From a virus: 64,000 nucleotides of DNA. Positions within the stretch are counted from its first letter, which is position 1. Every line of letters begins with the position of its first letter. Positions 1 to 7,661 of this stretch are shown piece after piece. Location: positions 1 through 64,000 of the IMG/VR virus record IMGVR_UViG_3300020442_002635; one strand, given 5' to 3'. The notes under the pieces were generated by a model. That model had not been told where the DNA came from. It worked only from the letters and a program-made list of their open reading frames with translations, and did not search any database. A program made the translations under genes and the position numbers.

Positions 1-128
1 ATCAGATTGCCGTGAAGATAAACAGAGGAAGTGTTAGTTTCCTTGTCAATCGTTACCTCAGTGTTACCAGATTTCCAGTTCTTGTTAGACTGAACAGCGG
101 CACACATTTGGGATTCGATCTTACGCAT
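1..128 (-). CDS. hypothetical phage protein, 3'-truncated by window edge (MRKIESQMCAAVQSNKNWKSGNT...)
   Basis: ATG at 128 lies downstream of repeat copy 1; frame is open to the window edge; hand translation. Confidence 0.6.
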   Translation of the reverse strand, partial: MRKIESQMCAAVQSNKNWKSGNTEVTIDKETNTSSVYLHGNL

Positions 129-192
129 GAGAAGTGAGTTAAAGTTTGGTTTGTTGTGTGGGTTGTGGGTTTACCCTTCGGGTGTCCCTCAC

Positions 193-221
193 ACTACTGG
201 GACACTTTAGAGGTGAGTAAC
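193..221 (-). repeat. 29-bp early-region direct repeat, copy 1
   Basis: + strand actactgggacactttagaggtgagtaac; minus consensus GTTACTCACCTCTAAAGTGTYCYAGTWGT. Confidence 0.95.
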
Positions 222-240
222 AATAATACTCAGAAACTAG

Positions 241-477
241 TCAAACATAATGTAATGCAAGGGCAATGATTTGATCATCCTTTACAATACGATTAGGGCC
301 AGTTTTCGTCTCGAATTGATGATAGATTGTGTTAGGATCTTCATTGTCCCAATACATTGCATCAACTAAATCAGAGCACATTTCACGAACTGTTTTAATG
401 CCTCGATAAGTTGCATTGAATTCATCAGCAAGAATAGTGAGAGCAGATGAGAATGTAAGTGCGTTTGTGTTATTCAT
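241..477 (-). CDS. hypothetical protein (78 aa)
   Basis: ORF track; ATG directly abuts repeat copy 2. Confidence 0.7.
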   Translation of the reverse strand: MNNTNALTFSSALTILADEFNATYRGIKTVREMCSDLVDAMYWDNEDPNTIYHQFETKTGPNRIVKDDQIIALALHYV

Positions 478-506
478 ACTACTAGAACACTTTAGAGGTG
501 AGTAAC
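478..506 (-). repeat. 29-bp repeat, copy 2
   Basis: actactagaacactttagaggtgagtaac; upstream TAA is 1 nt away, downstream ATG 0 nt away. Confidence 0.95.
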
Positions 507-507
507 T

Positions 508-702
508 TTAATCATCAAGAAGAATAACTTCGTATGATGTAAAATCAGGATAGCACTTTTCTACCCATTGTGATAGTTTATTGTTCTGTGATTTAATCCC
601 TTTGTGTGTCTTTGGCCTTGTTGGCATTGTCTTGTAAAATGTGATGATGTTTTCATCGTCGGTTGTTACATTGACGATGTAAGTTGCAGTTGTTGTGTTC
701 AT
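508..702 (-). CDS. hypothetical protein (64 aa)
   Basis: ORF track; ATGA-coupled to the upstream ORF. Confidence 0.7.
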   Translation of the reverse strand: MNTTTATYIVNVTTDDENIITFYKTMPTRPKTHKGIKSQNNKLSQWVEKCYPDFTSYEVILLDD

Positions 703-863
703 TCTTCTATAGTAACAGATTGAATCACAAAGTTAGGATTAAGTCGATTACATGTTGCAATCGCATCCTCTTTTGTTTCTTTGATGTAACCTAAACAATC
801 ATTCATAATCCAACCATTAGCACGATGAAATTGTCCGTGAAGAATGAACTTAGTTTCTTGCAT
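699..863 (-). CDS. hypothetical protein (54 aa, MQETKFILHGQFHRANGW...)
   Basis: Hand translation; start and stop overlap both neighbours. Confidence 0.65.
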   Translation of the reverse strand: MQETKFILHGQFHRANGWIMNDCLGYIKETKEDAIATCNRLNPNFVIQSVTIEE

Positions 864-1021
864 CAATCGTAAGGGAAGAAAGAAGATTTAGTGGAGTCAG
901 TTTCGTAAGGAATGGTAAAATCCTCACCAAACATTTCATAGTAAAGTTCACTGAAGATTGCAAAATCATCAGGGGTTTCACTGTTCCAGATCTTCAGGAT
1001 TTCAGAGTAAGTGTTGTTCAT
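863..1021 (-). CDS. hypothetical acidic protein (52 aa, MNNTYSEILKIWNSETPDDF...)
   Basis: Hand translation; ATG abuts repeat copy 3. Confidence 0.65.
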   Translation of the reverse strand: MNNTYSEILKIWNSETPDDFAIFSELYYEMFGEDFTIPYETDSTKSSFFPYD

Positions 1022-1050
1022 ACAACTGGGACACTTTAGAGGTGAGTAAC
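1022..1050 (-). repeat. 29-bp repeat, copy 3
   Basis: acaactgggacactttagaggtgagtaac; TAA 1 nt upstream, ATG 0 nt downstream. Confidence 0.95.
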
Positions 1051-1051
1051 T

Positions 1052-1282
1052 TTAATCATCAAGAAGTTGTGGATAATACTCCTCTACCTCTTCAATCAGT
1101 TCATCAACTGTATACGAATCATAATTGTTGCTCATGTTATCATAAAGAATGGCCATCATTGTTTTGATGTCCATGTCATCCAAGATCTGGTTAATCATTG
1201 CATCTTGGAGTGCATCACGGTCGATGATTTTGTCGTTGGTTTCAGTCATTTTTGTGTGAAGATAAGATTTGATAAGTGACAT
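1052..1282 (-). CDS. hypothetical acidic protein
   Basis: ORF track; true start may be the second Met (MTETND). Confidence 0.7.
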   Translation of the reverse strand: MSLIKSYLHTKMTETNDKIIDRDALQDAMINQILDDMDIKTMMAILYDNMSNNYDSYTVDELIEEVEEYYPQLLDD

Positions 1283-1286
1283 AAAC

Positions 1287-1514
1287 TCAGCACGATGCTG
1301 GCATGTATTGTTGTGGTTCAGTCAGGAAATCTGTGACTTCATAACCATGAATGTCCAGACGAGAATTGCACGTTTCAATCATCTCTTTTTTGTTGAACAA
1401 TCGCATCGACTGTGTGTCACCCTTGAACTTTAAAGTGTAGACAAACTTATCAGTCAAGATTGCATGAGGGCGAAACTCAACAACCATGGAATGACGCTTT
1501 GAAGTGAGTTGCAT
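1287..1514 (-). CDS. hypothetical protein (75 aa)
   Basis: ORF track; follows repeat copy 4. Confidence 0.7.
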   Translation of the reverse strand: MQLTSKRHSMVVEFRPHAILTDKFVYTLKFKGDTQSMRLFNKKEMIETCNSRLDIHGYEVTDFLTEPQQYMPASC

Positions 1515-1534
1515 TTAAAAAAACCAGTGAACTT

Positions 1535-1563
1535 ACTACTACAACACTTTAGAGGTGAGTAAC
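1535..1563 (-). repeat. 29-bp repeat, copy 4
   Basis: actactacaacactttagaggtgagtaac; TGA 5 nt upstream. Confidence 0.95.
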
Positions 1564-1568
1564 AATAA

Positions 1569-1712
1569 TCATCGCATAATAGGATTTACACCAATTACTT
1601 TAGCCTTAGGATTACGCGCAGTTGCTGTTTCCTTTGCGTCCTGATAGTTTGCAGCATGTACTTCTTCAGTGAAAACTTTGCCACCAACATACAATTTAAC
1701 TTCGTATTTCAT
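1569..1712 (-). CDS. hypothetical protein (47 aa, MKYEVKLYVGGKVFTEEVHAANYQDAKETATARNP...)
   Basis: Hand translation; tight gene packing. Confidence 0.7.
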   Translation of the reverse strand: MKYEVKLYVGGKVFTEEVHAANYQDAKETATARNPKAKVIGVNPIMR

Positions 1713-1713
1713 G

Positions 1714-1881
1714 TCACCAAATCTCCGTGAATCGTTTGTGAGTTGCCTTGGTCATTCTACCATCTGCCAACAGATTGTCGCAGACATTAACAAAGACTTG
1801 AAACTTTTCCTCTCTTGTGAGTGTGTCTGCTCCATCGCAATTCTTCATCACGTTGAGCATTTGCTTTTTAGATGTGATCAT
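1714..1881 (-). CDS. hypothetical protein (55 aa, MITSKKQMLNVMKNCDGADTLTREEKF...)
   Basis: Hand translation; ATGA overlap with the upstream ORF. Confidence 0.7.
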   Translation of the reverse strand: MITSKKQMLNVMKNCDGADTLTREEKFQVFVNVCDNLLADGRMTKATHKRFTEIW

Positions 1882-2087
1882 TTCTTGAAGTTTTTGTTGT
1901 GGAAATAAGCATCAATAATTTCTAAAATCTCACAGCATTCTTCTGCTACTTCTTCACTTACCAACACGCCATAATCTTCAACTGCTTCTGCAATTAGTTC
2001 TAATTGACGATCATTGAACATAAGTGATTTTTTTCTGATTGTTAACATATTTAACTGTGATTGTGTACCAGAGAAAAGTTCAGTCAT
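1878..2087 (-). CDS. hypothetical protein
   Basis: ORF track; start uncertain. Confidence 0.55.
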   Translation of the reverse strand: MTELFSGTQSQLNMLTIRKKSLMFNDRQLELIAEAVEDYGVLVSEEVAEECCEILEIIDAYFHNKNFKK

Positions 2088-2440
2088 CAGAGATAAAGAA
2101 ACGAACCGTAAGCATCACAAATGTGAGGATTGTCTGCTAACTGTGTGATAAGATAACGAACACCTTTTGCAGGTGCTTTGTATGATGCAGGTTTGTAACA
2201 TTCACCAGAGTTCTTATCAACGAACATCCAGCAGCTTCGTCCTCTGATTCTTCCCTCGTCACCAACAAGATAAGACCAGACTTTGATATACTTTCGACCA
2301 ACTTCATACTCAAGTTGAGTATAAACAGAATGACCAGATTCGATCGCATCGACTTTCCACTGATTGTTGAGCACTTCGATAAGTGCTTCGGTCAGGAATT
2401 GTGGTTTGGTTTGAGTTGCGATCATTTTAGTGTTGCTCAT
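2087..2440 (-). CDS. conserved hypothetical phage protein (GRKYIKV...FVDK..G.CYKPAS.KAPAKGVRY)
   Basis: ORF track; motif typical of a small T4-like phage protein family; ATG abuts repeat copy 5. Confidence 0.8.
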   Translation of the reverse strand: MSNTKMIATQTKPQFLTEALIEVLNNQWKVDAIESGHSVYTQLEYEVGRKYIKVWSYLVGDEGRIRGRSCWMFVDKNSGECYKPASYKAPAKGVRYLITQLADNPHICDAYGSFLYL

Positions 2441-2469
2441 ACAACTGGGACACTTTAGAGGTGAGTAAC
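2441..2469 (-). repeat. 29-bp repeat, copy 5
   Basis: acaactgggacactttagaggtgagtaac, identical to copy 3. Confidence 0.95.
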
Positions 2470-2474
2470 AATAA

Positions 2475-3371
2475 TCACCAGGTTTTTGCCATCAGAAAGT
2501 TAGCACGACTGAACTCTTCACGATCAACAACTTTGAACATGCCAAACTTGTTTGTGATAACATAACCTTCATGCAGTGTTTGCTCATCACCAATCACACA
2601 AATGATTTCATCACATTCTTTGATGAACATGAACAAATCATCCTTGATTGATGCAACGAGTTTCCACAATCTGATGACGTTGGCATCACAATCAAATTTT
2701 TCTGCAATTTCATTCTCATCCACGACATTCTCATGGCGAATGCAGTCATTGATGTGTTTTTTGATTTTTGTTGCTTTGGCAGGAGTTACAAACTCACATA
2801 GAGTAGCCATTTGTTTGGCAAATGCACAAACATCAGCAATATCCTCACGATCAGGATTCAAACTGCACTCAGGTTGCACGAAGTGGCATTCATCATTGCT
2901 GCACAGATTGTCAGTCAAAGGTGATGCAACTGCATTGCGAAGATCACCCTCAGCAACATAAACTGTGTGAGGTGCAATGATAATATCCTCAGTGATTACC
3001 TCAGGAAAGATGTAAGTGATCGTGTTGGGACGATAAGTAAGGCTACCACCATAACCAATAAAATCACCTTGAATGATAGAATCTGTGCGAGGAAGGCAAT
3101 CAAAGCAAGCATGAAGAATACGCGCAACTTTACCTTGATGGTTTTTGTCAATTTCTTCATGTGAATGATTGATTTTGATTTTTACTTTGTTGAAGACAGA
3201 TTTAGTGCCAACAAAAAATGTACCAGTCGCAGGATCTGTGCCCCAAACAATAGCAGGAGCACCATCCATCTTGGTTGAGATAATACTATCAGACTCAGAG
3301 AACCAGTTAAGAACTGACAGATCTCCAGTCAGGATAGAATCTTCAGGGTGTTCGATGTGTGTGTTCTTCAT
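2475..3371 (-). CDS. DUF6267-like protein with ATP-dependent ligase/nucleotidyltransferase-like motifs (298 aa)
   Basis: KMDGAP (KxDG), IQGD, HEGYVI, FKVVDR. Start moved to ATG 3371 (MKNTHIEHPED), which abuts repeat copy 6; the ORF-track 5' extension crosses a terminator. Confidence 0.75.
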   Translation of the reverse strand: MKNTHIEHPEDSILTGDLSVLNWFSESDSIISTKMDGAPAIVWGTDPATGTFFVGTKSVFNKVKIKINHSHEEIDKNHQGKVARILHACFDCLPRTDSIIQGDFIGYGGSLTYRPNTITYIFPEVITEDIIIAPHTVYVAEGDLRNAVASPLTDNLCSNDECHFVQPECSLNPDREDIADVCAFAKQMATLCEFVTPAKATKIKKHINDCIRHENVVDENEIAEKFDCDANVIRLWKLVASIKDDLFMFIKECDEIICVIGDEQTLHEGYVITNKFGMFKVVDREEFSRANFLMAKTW

Positions 3372-3400
3372 ACTATTGGGACACTTTAGAGGTGAGTAAC
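3372..3400 (-). repeat. 29-bp repeat, copy 6
   Basis: actattgggacactttagaggtgagtaac. Confidence 0.95.
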
Positions 3401-3414
3401 ATTTATATCGACAT

Positions 3415-3440
3415 AAAAAAAGAGGGTAATGATACCCTCT
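3415..3440 (-). terminator. Rho-independent terminator
   Basis: Minus strand AGAGGGTA-tcat-TACCCTCT followed by a T run, just after stop 3448. Confidence 0.85.
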
Positions 3441-3447
3441 CTTCTTA

Positions 3448-3612
3448 TTATCGATCAGTGGCCATGTAGAAAGCCTTGTCTGTGATTGCATTCATCACAA
3501 GGGAAAGATCCTCTTGGAGTTTCTTAACCTCAAACTGATGAATCTGCCAACGAACTTTGATGTCTTCGATGTAATCTGCGCGAGACAGGAGAACTTCGGG
3601 ACGTTCGGTCAT
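3448..3612 (-). CDS. hypothetical protein (MTERPEVLLSRADYIEDIKVRWQIHQFE...)
   Basis: ORF track with start moved to ATG 3612, because the GTG at 3633 overlaps the repeat. Confidence 0.7.
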   Translation of the reverse strand: MTERPEVLLSRADYIEDIKVRWQIHQFEVKKLQEDLSLVMNAITDKAFYMATDR

Positions 3613-3631
3613 GCGTTGAGTTGCTTGGTAC

Positions 3632-3660
3632 ACTACTAGAACACTTTAGAGGTGAGTAAT
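3632..3660 (-). repeat. 29-bp repeat, copy 7
   Basis: actactagaacactttagaggtgagtaat; TGA 4 nt upstream. Confidence 0.95.
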
Positions 3661-3664
3661 AATA

Positions 3665-3904
3665 TCACACAGGAAGTTTGGCAACTGATTTACCCTTACT
3701 GTGCTTCGCAATAAAGTTCAGTGCTGACTTACGATTGCGACAGATCTTTAACTGCTTGCCCTGATGAATCACCACCAGTTTAGTATCACTGCCAGCAATA
3801 GGTATGGCAGCATACATCCTAGGATCATCATATTTGCCCATGATAAATCCCTCTTCGATAGGCTTGGGTTCTAAAACAGATCTTTTAGTTTCTGCAATCT
3901 TCAT
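3665..3904 (-). CDS. hypothetical protein (79 aa)
   Basis: ORF track; ATGA coupling. Confidence 0.7.
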   Translation of the reverse strand: MKIAETKRSVLEPKPIEEGFIMGKYDDPRMYAAIPIAGSDTKLVVIHQGKQLKICRNRKSALNFIAKHSKGKSVAKLPV

Positions 3905-4104
3905 CCCCAGTTCTCCATAAACTCCTCCAAAGTGTAACCATCATCTGTGCTAGTTTCTTCTATCAACTCCTCCAAAGAATAGTTTTGAAGTTCTTCACGA
4001 TATTCTTCTGTACTTTGATCATTTTCAGGATCAAAATCATCATGGCAGAGATAATCCCACTCTGCACATAATGCATTGATAAGTTCAGCTCTTGTATAAT
4101 TCAT
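3901..4104 (-). CDS. hypothetical acidic protein (67 aa)
   Basis: ORF track; ATGA coupling to the helicase stop. Confidence 0.75.
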   Translation of the reverse strand: MNYTRAELINALCAEWDYLCHDDFDPENDQSTEEYREELQNYSLEELIEETSTDDGYTLEEFMENWG

Positions 4105-5312
4105 CGACGAACCTCACTAATAGCAGGTTGACCTTGGTTGAACACGACATCAACAACTGCCTGAACTTTACGAGCAGTGCTGATACCTACAGTATCATAT
4201 GTAGGGATGCAAACAAGACCAAAGGTCTTAGATTCACCACCCAACCTGATGACACGACCAATCGACTGACTGATACCAATGTAGTCCATGTTACGCATGA
4301 AGATAACAGCTTCAAGACCACTGACGTTGATACCCTCAGACAGAATACTGTGGTGGATAACAACAAACTTTTTGCTAGAGTCTTTGCCCCAAGCATTCAG
4401 AGTCTCGAAGAATGTCTCACGATCAACCTTACGTCCATCAATGATTGCACCTGTCTTAGATGTGATCGTCATCCAAGAATAGCCACGCTGATACAACTCA
4501 GCACAGAAATCAGACTGAGAGATAAGACCCACAATCTGCTTGGTAGTACGAGCACAAATGAGAGTTTTGTTGATGTTGTTCTCATCAATCGTTTCAAGAA
4601 GATTGTCACAATCCTCTGCATACATGACTTTGCGACCTTTGATGAGATCCAGTTTCTTGACTACAACTTTGGGAGGAAGAATGTAACCACCTTCAACAAG
4701 CTCAGGAGCAGGAACATTCACCAGAACCTGACCATAAACATCAACCCAATTCATCCCAGGTTTCTTAGGAGTAAGAGAGTGCTTAGGAGTAGCAGTGAAG
4801 AAATAGCAACGATCAGAATCAGCAGCAAAGTATTCTGTAGCAGTGAAAAAGTTTCTCTGCACAGAGTTATGTGCTTCGTCAAAATAGATCGTATTGACCT
4901 CAACATCTGCCTCCATGATACGGTGCAGGCTATGATATGTAGTGAAAATAACTACATTTTCACCCATAGTACGAGCACAATTGACATAAAGGTTAATCTT
5001 TTCTGCGTTAGTTGTGCTGGTATAGTGTGTCTCACCACTATGAACGTGCATCACATGCAGATAAGGATCTGCATTGTTAGGATCAAGAACTTCCATGAAC
5101 TCAGAGCACAATTGTTCTGCCAACAAAATGCGTGGAGCAACAACAACTGTGGTGGTGCCATTCTTGATAGTATCATGGCGACGTTTTGTGTCCATGATCA
5201 TTGTCAGAGTCTTGCCACCACCAGTGGGTACAATCATCTGACCTTTGTTGTATGCAAGCATACGATCAAGGATGCGATTCTGATGGGGACGAAGAGAAAT
5301 AGTCACGTTCAA
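4101..5312 (-). CDS. superfamily II DEAH-box helicase (type III restriction ResIII-like)
   Basis: LRPHQ (Q motif), PTGGGKT (Walker A), DEAH, TAT, LSEGINV, QSIGRVIR; start may be GTG 5306. Confidence 0.92.
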   Translation of the reverse strand: MNVTISLRPHQNRILDRMLAYNKGQMIVPTGGGKTLTMIMDTKRRHDTIKNGTTTVVVAPRILLAEQLCSEFMEVLDPNNADPYLHVMHVHSGETHYTSTTNAEKINLYVNCARTMGENVVIFTTYHSLHRIMEADVEVNTIYFDEAHNSVQRNFFTATEYFAADSDRCYFFTATPKHSLTPKKPGMNWVDVYGQVLVNVPAPELVEGGYILPPKVVVKKLDLIKGRKVMYAEDCDNLLETIDENNINKTLICARTTKQIVGLISQSDFCAELYQRGYSWMTITSKTGAIIDGRKVDRETFFETLNAWGKDSSKKFVVIHHSILSEGINVSGLEAVIFMRNMDYIGISQSIGRVIRLGGESKTFGLVCIPTYDTVGISTARKVQAVVDVVFNQGQPAISEVRR

Positions 5313-5333
5313 GTGGTTTGATACCCAAAGATA

Positions 5334-5369
5334 ATAATAGCACCCTTACAGAGGATTGTAAAGGGTGCT
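5334..5369 (-). promoter_or_regulatory. sigma70-like promoter within a stem-loop, upstream of the helicase
   Basis: Minus TTTACA-N17-TATTAT; inverted repeat agcacccttaca/tgtaaagggtgct. Confidence 0.7.
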
Positions 5370-5381
5370 GGGGGTGCTTAT

Positions 5382-5410
5382 ACAACTAGGACACTTTGGA
5401 GGTGAGTAAC
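5382..5410 (-). repeat. 29-bp repeat, copy 8
   Basis: acaactaggacactttggaggtgagtaac; TAA 1 nt upstream. Confidence 0.93.
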
Positions 5411-5411
5411 T

Positions 5412-6023
5412 TTAATTGCTCATTCTTTTGTTTACACGTCCAAGAATTTTTGTTCTTCCTTTTGCATCAGGATTCTGGCCTGTCTCTTTCTTATACTTTG
5501 CAGTTTCCTGATCCTTAAATACACTCTTCAGATACTTTTCACCTTCTCCTCTAATCTTATCACGTTCTGCTCTTGTCTTACCTGATGCTTTCTGTGGTTT
5601 GTAGTTAGGATTAACTGCTGCTTTTTTCTTCTTAGAGAGTAACTGTTTTGCAGTAGGAGTTTCTTTCTTTTCAGGTGCAGGTTTGCCACCTTTCTTTGCA
5701 GCAATTCTTGCTTGTGCTGCTTTCTTTCTTTCTGCCTTTACCTTATCTGCATAAGATTGTTTAACCTCAGCAGAACCTCTTTCTTTCTCAGGTTGTTGCT
5801 CTCTGGTAGATGCTTGACGTTGCTGACCAATATCTTTTCTGTCTTTATATGATTTTGCTGGCACCATCTTACCACCACCAGCAGCCTTCATTCTTCTCTT
5901 TTCAGGTTCAGACTTTCTACGATCTGCACCAACTCTACCACCTTCGCCAGACTTTTTGATCTGGGATGATCCCATCACATCCTTATCATAGGCTTCAGTA
6001 ACAAATTGCGCGAACGTTTTCAT
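5412..6023 (-). CDS. Lys/Arg-rich putative internal head protein with T4-type capsid-targeting N-terminus
   Basis: N-terminus MKTFAQFVTEA resembles the T4 internal-protein capsid-targeting sequence MKTYQEFIAE; late promoter ATAAATA at 6047-6053. Confidence 0.7.
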   Translation of the reverse strand: MKTFAQFVTEAYDKDVMGSSQIKKSGEGGRVGADRRKSEPEKRRMKAAGGGKMVPAKSYKDRKDIGQQRQASTREQQPEKERGSAEVKQSYADKVKAERKKAAQARIAAKKGGKPAPEKKETPTAKQLLSKKKKAAVNPNYKPQKASGKTRAERDKIRGEGEKYLKSVFKDQETAKYKKETGQNPDAKGRTKILGRVNKRMSN

Positions 6024-6046
6024 TGAAAGAAAGAATAACCTTTCAT

Positions 6047-6111
6047 TATTTATTACAATAAACCCCTATCGCTCAAAAGTCAAGCGATAGGGGTCACTTC
6101 ATCAACTGTCC
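6047..6111 (-). promoter_or_regulatory. composite promoter: late box ATAAATA, sigma70 TTGACT-N17-TATTGT within a 12-bp stem-loop, and an upstream dyad
   Basis: acccctatcgct/agcgataggggt inverted repeat at 6062-6094; dyad GGTCA-N10-TGTCC at 6092-6111. Confidence 0.7.
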
Positions 6112-6323
6112 TCTTCTTCCTCAGTCTTAACTTTATTAACTTTAGGGCCAATTTGCACACGATTCGTTTCATAGAACCATGCAACTCTTTCTCGCCTTGC
6201 TTGCATCAACATATCATATTGATCCTGCTGATCTTTAGTGAATCGAAAATCTTGAAGTTTCCAAGTCTTACGAAGTTCTTCAAGGTGAGACAGAACGTTG
6301 ACAGTTTCAGTAGGAAAGTTCAT
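6102..6323 (-). CDS. hypothetical protein (MNFPTETVNVL...)
   Basis: ORF track with start moved to ATG 6323. Confidence 0.75.
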   Translation of the reverse strand: MNFPTETVNVLSHLEELRKTWKLQDFRFTKDQQDQYDMLMQARRERVAWFYETNRVQIGPKVNKVKTEEEEDS

Positions 6324-6324
6324 T

Positions 6325-6462
6325 TCAGTAATCAATTTTAGAGTTGAGATAATCGTTCATATTGAAATCTTGTTGATCTTCAATCAAATCTTCAAGATCT
6401 TCACTAACATGGTCAAAATTGACCAGTTCTTCAATTTGTTGTTCAGTCAAATAGCAATCCAT
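6325..6462 (-). CDS. hypothetical acidic protein (45 aa, MDCYLTEQQIEEL...)
   Basis: Hand translation; follows repeat copy 9. Confidence 0.65.
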   Translation of the reverse strand: MDCYLTEQQIEELVNFDHVSEDLEDLIEDQQDFNMNDYLNSKIDY

Positions 6463-6477
6463 TTAAATGTGCCTTAC

Positions 6478-6506
6478 AGTAATGAAACAGTTTAGAGGTG
6501 AGTAAT
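6478..6506 (-). repeat. 29-bp repeat, copy 9 (most divergent)
   Basis: agtaatgaaacagtttagaggtgagtaat; TAA 1 nt upstream. Confidence 0.85.
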
Positions 6507-6507
6507 A

Positions 6508-6651
6508 TTATTTGACAAGGATTTTGATTTCCTTGCATCCTTGATCTTTTAGGATATTTTCCCAAAAGATTGCATCATCAATCTTCAAAAAAGTAGCACG
6601 TTGATTAGAAAAACCTTTTTTCTTAGGTTTCATGTAGTTTACTTCATACAT
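6508..6651 (-). CDS. hypothetical protein (47 aa, MYEVNYMKPKKKGFSNQRATF...)
   Basis: Hand translation; TAATG coupling. Confidence 0.7.
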   Translation of the reverse strand: MYEVNYMKPKKKGFSNQRATFLKIDDAIFWENILKDQGCKEIKILVK

Positions 6652-6917
6652 TATGGATCTTTGTGTCTGTACTGCTGTGATTTGTATTCATCAACATTAT
6701 AACTTCTTCGATTCTTCACATATTCTAGTTCATGCCAATCAAAATTGTAGCATACAAGTAGAATGTGATTTTTCTTATGAAATGATGCTCCATGATCATG
6801 ACACACTTTATCTTTCACACCTAGCTCGATACTAATACATTCATCACACTTAAAATACACCCAACCTTCGTGATTTTTCCATTTTACATAGTCATCAACC
6901 TGTGGGATGTATTTCAT
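6651..6917 (-). CDS. hypothetical protein (88 aa)
   Basis: ORF track; coupled to both neighbours. Confidence 0.75.
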   Translation of the reverse strand: MKYIPQVDDYVKWKNHEGWVYFKCDECISIELGVKDKVCHDHGASFHKKNHILLVCYNFDWHELEYVKNRRSYNVDEYKSQQYRHKDP

Positions 6918-7207
6918 ACAAATGCTGCCTCCAATGGATTAAGATTGAGTTGCATTGCAGTATAAGGGCGAGTATCAGAAATGTCTACCTGATCTCCACG
7001 CTTGGTGGAGTTAATAGGCGCATAATAGGTTCTCTGTTTTGTGTTGTAGAATCCCCAAATAGTTTTTGCAACAGTACCGCCGTTGAAATTGAATTTAGCA
7101 TGATTGCAACACCAAATAGATAAAATGTTGCGTCTGAATTCTTCAACCTCGTAAGTGTAGCCTTTAGGTGGTTCATGAATAAAATCAGGTGGGAGTTCCA
7201 GTGTCAT
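6914..7207 (-). CDS. conserved hypothetical cyanophage protein (97 aa)
   Basis: ORF track; coupled to both neighbours. Confidence 0.8.
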   Translation of the reverse strand: MTLELPPDFIHEPPKGYTYEVEEFRRNILSIWCCNHAKFNFNGGTVAKTIWGFYNTKQRTYYAPINSTKRGDQVDISDTRPYTAMQLNLNPLEAAFV

Positions 7208-7365
7208 TGCTCACGAACAATGCGAATGCGATCAGGACTGATACCATCAGCTAAAATTTCACTGTAGCGTTGACTTGCTTCAGCTTGGGTGAGACCAGTG
7301 TCATTCTTTTCGACAAGTGTCCAACCAGATGTTTCTAATTCTTCGATTCGATAAAGTTTTTCCAT
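7204..7365 (-). CDS. hypothetical protein (MEKLYRIEELETSGW...)
   Basis: ORF track with start moved to ATG 7365. Confidence 0.7.
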   Translation of the reverse strand: MEKLYRIEELETSGWTLVEKNDTGLTQAEASQRYSEILADGISPDRIRIVREQ

Positions 7366-7369
7366 TAGA

Positions 7370-7609
7370 TTAAGTGGTAAATTCCTCAACAATTCCAGAC
7401 TCAAGTTCTTCTGCTAGTGCATAAGTGCGTGACTTTATGATATTCTCACGCAAATTTGCATAGTATTGTTGATTGAAACCATCGTCAGTATCGGTGATGA
7501 GATTAAAACATTCCTCATCACTTTCAGCGATTACATTCCACAACCCACCATATTCACTGGTAGGGAAAGGAATGAAGTGATCTACAATGTAGAAGAACTT
7601 TTGTGTCAT
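7370..7609 (-). CDS. conserved hypothetical protein (FYIVDHFIPFPTSEYGGLW)
   Basis: ORF track; upstream promoter. Confidence 0.8.
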   Translation of the reverse strand: MTQKFFYIVDHFIPFPTSEYGGLWNVIAESDEECFNLITDTDDGFNQQYYANLRENIIKSRTYALAEELESGIVEEFTT

Positions 7610-7632
7610 TGTTTTGAACAGATTACCTCTTA

Positions 7633-7661
7633 ATTATATCAGGAGCAGAAGAACTCTGCAA
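7633..7661 (-). promoter_or_regulatory. sigma70-like early promoter
   Basis: Minus TTGCAG-N17-TATAAT. Confidence 0.6.

Noticed and set aside
3372-3491. ORF-track N-terminal extension of the 338-aa ORF
   Set aside because: It crosses a terminator, the repeat and the neighbouring gene; the family-like sequence starts at MKNTHIEH (3371).
4092-5321. 409-aa plus-strand ORF as a real gene
   Set aside because: It is an exact in-register shadow of a well-conserved helicase, has no recognisable motifs, and is explained by the absence of TTA/CTA/TCA codons on the sense strand.
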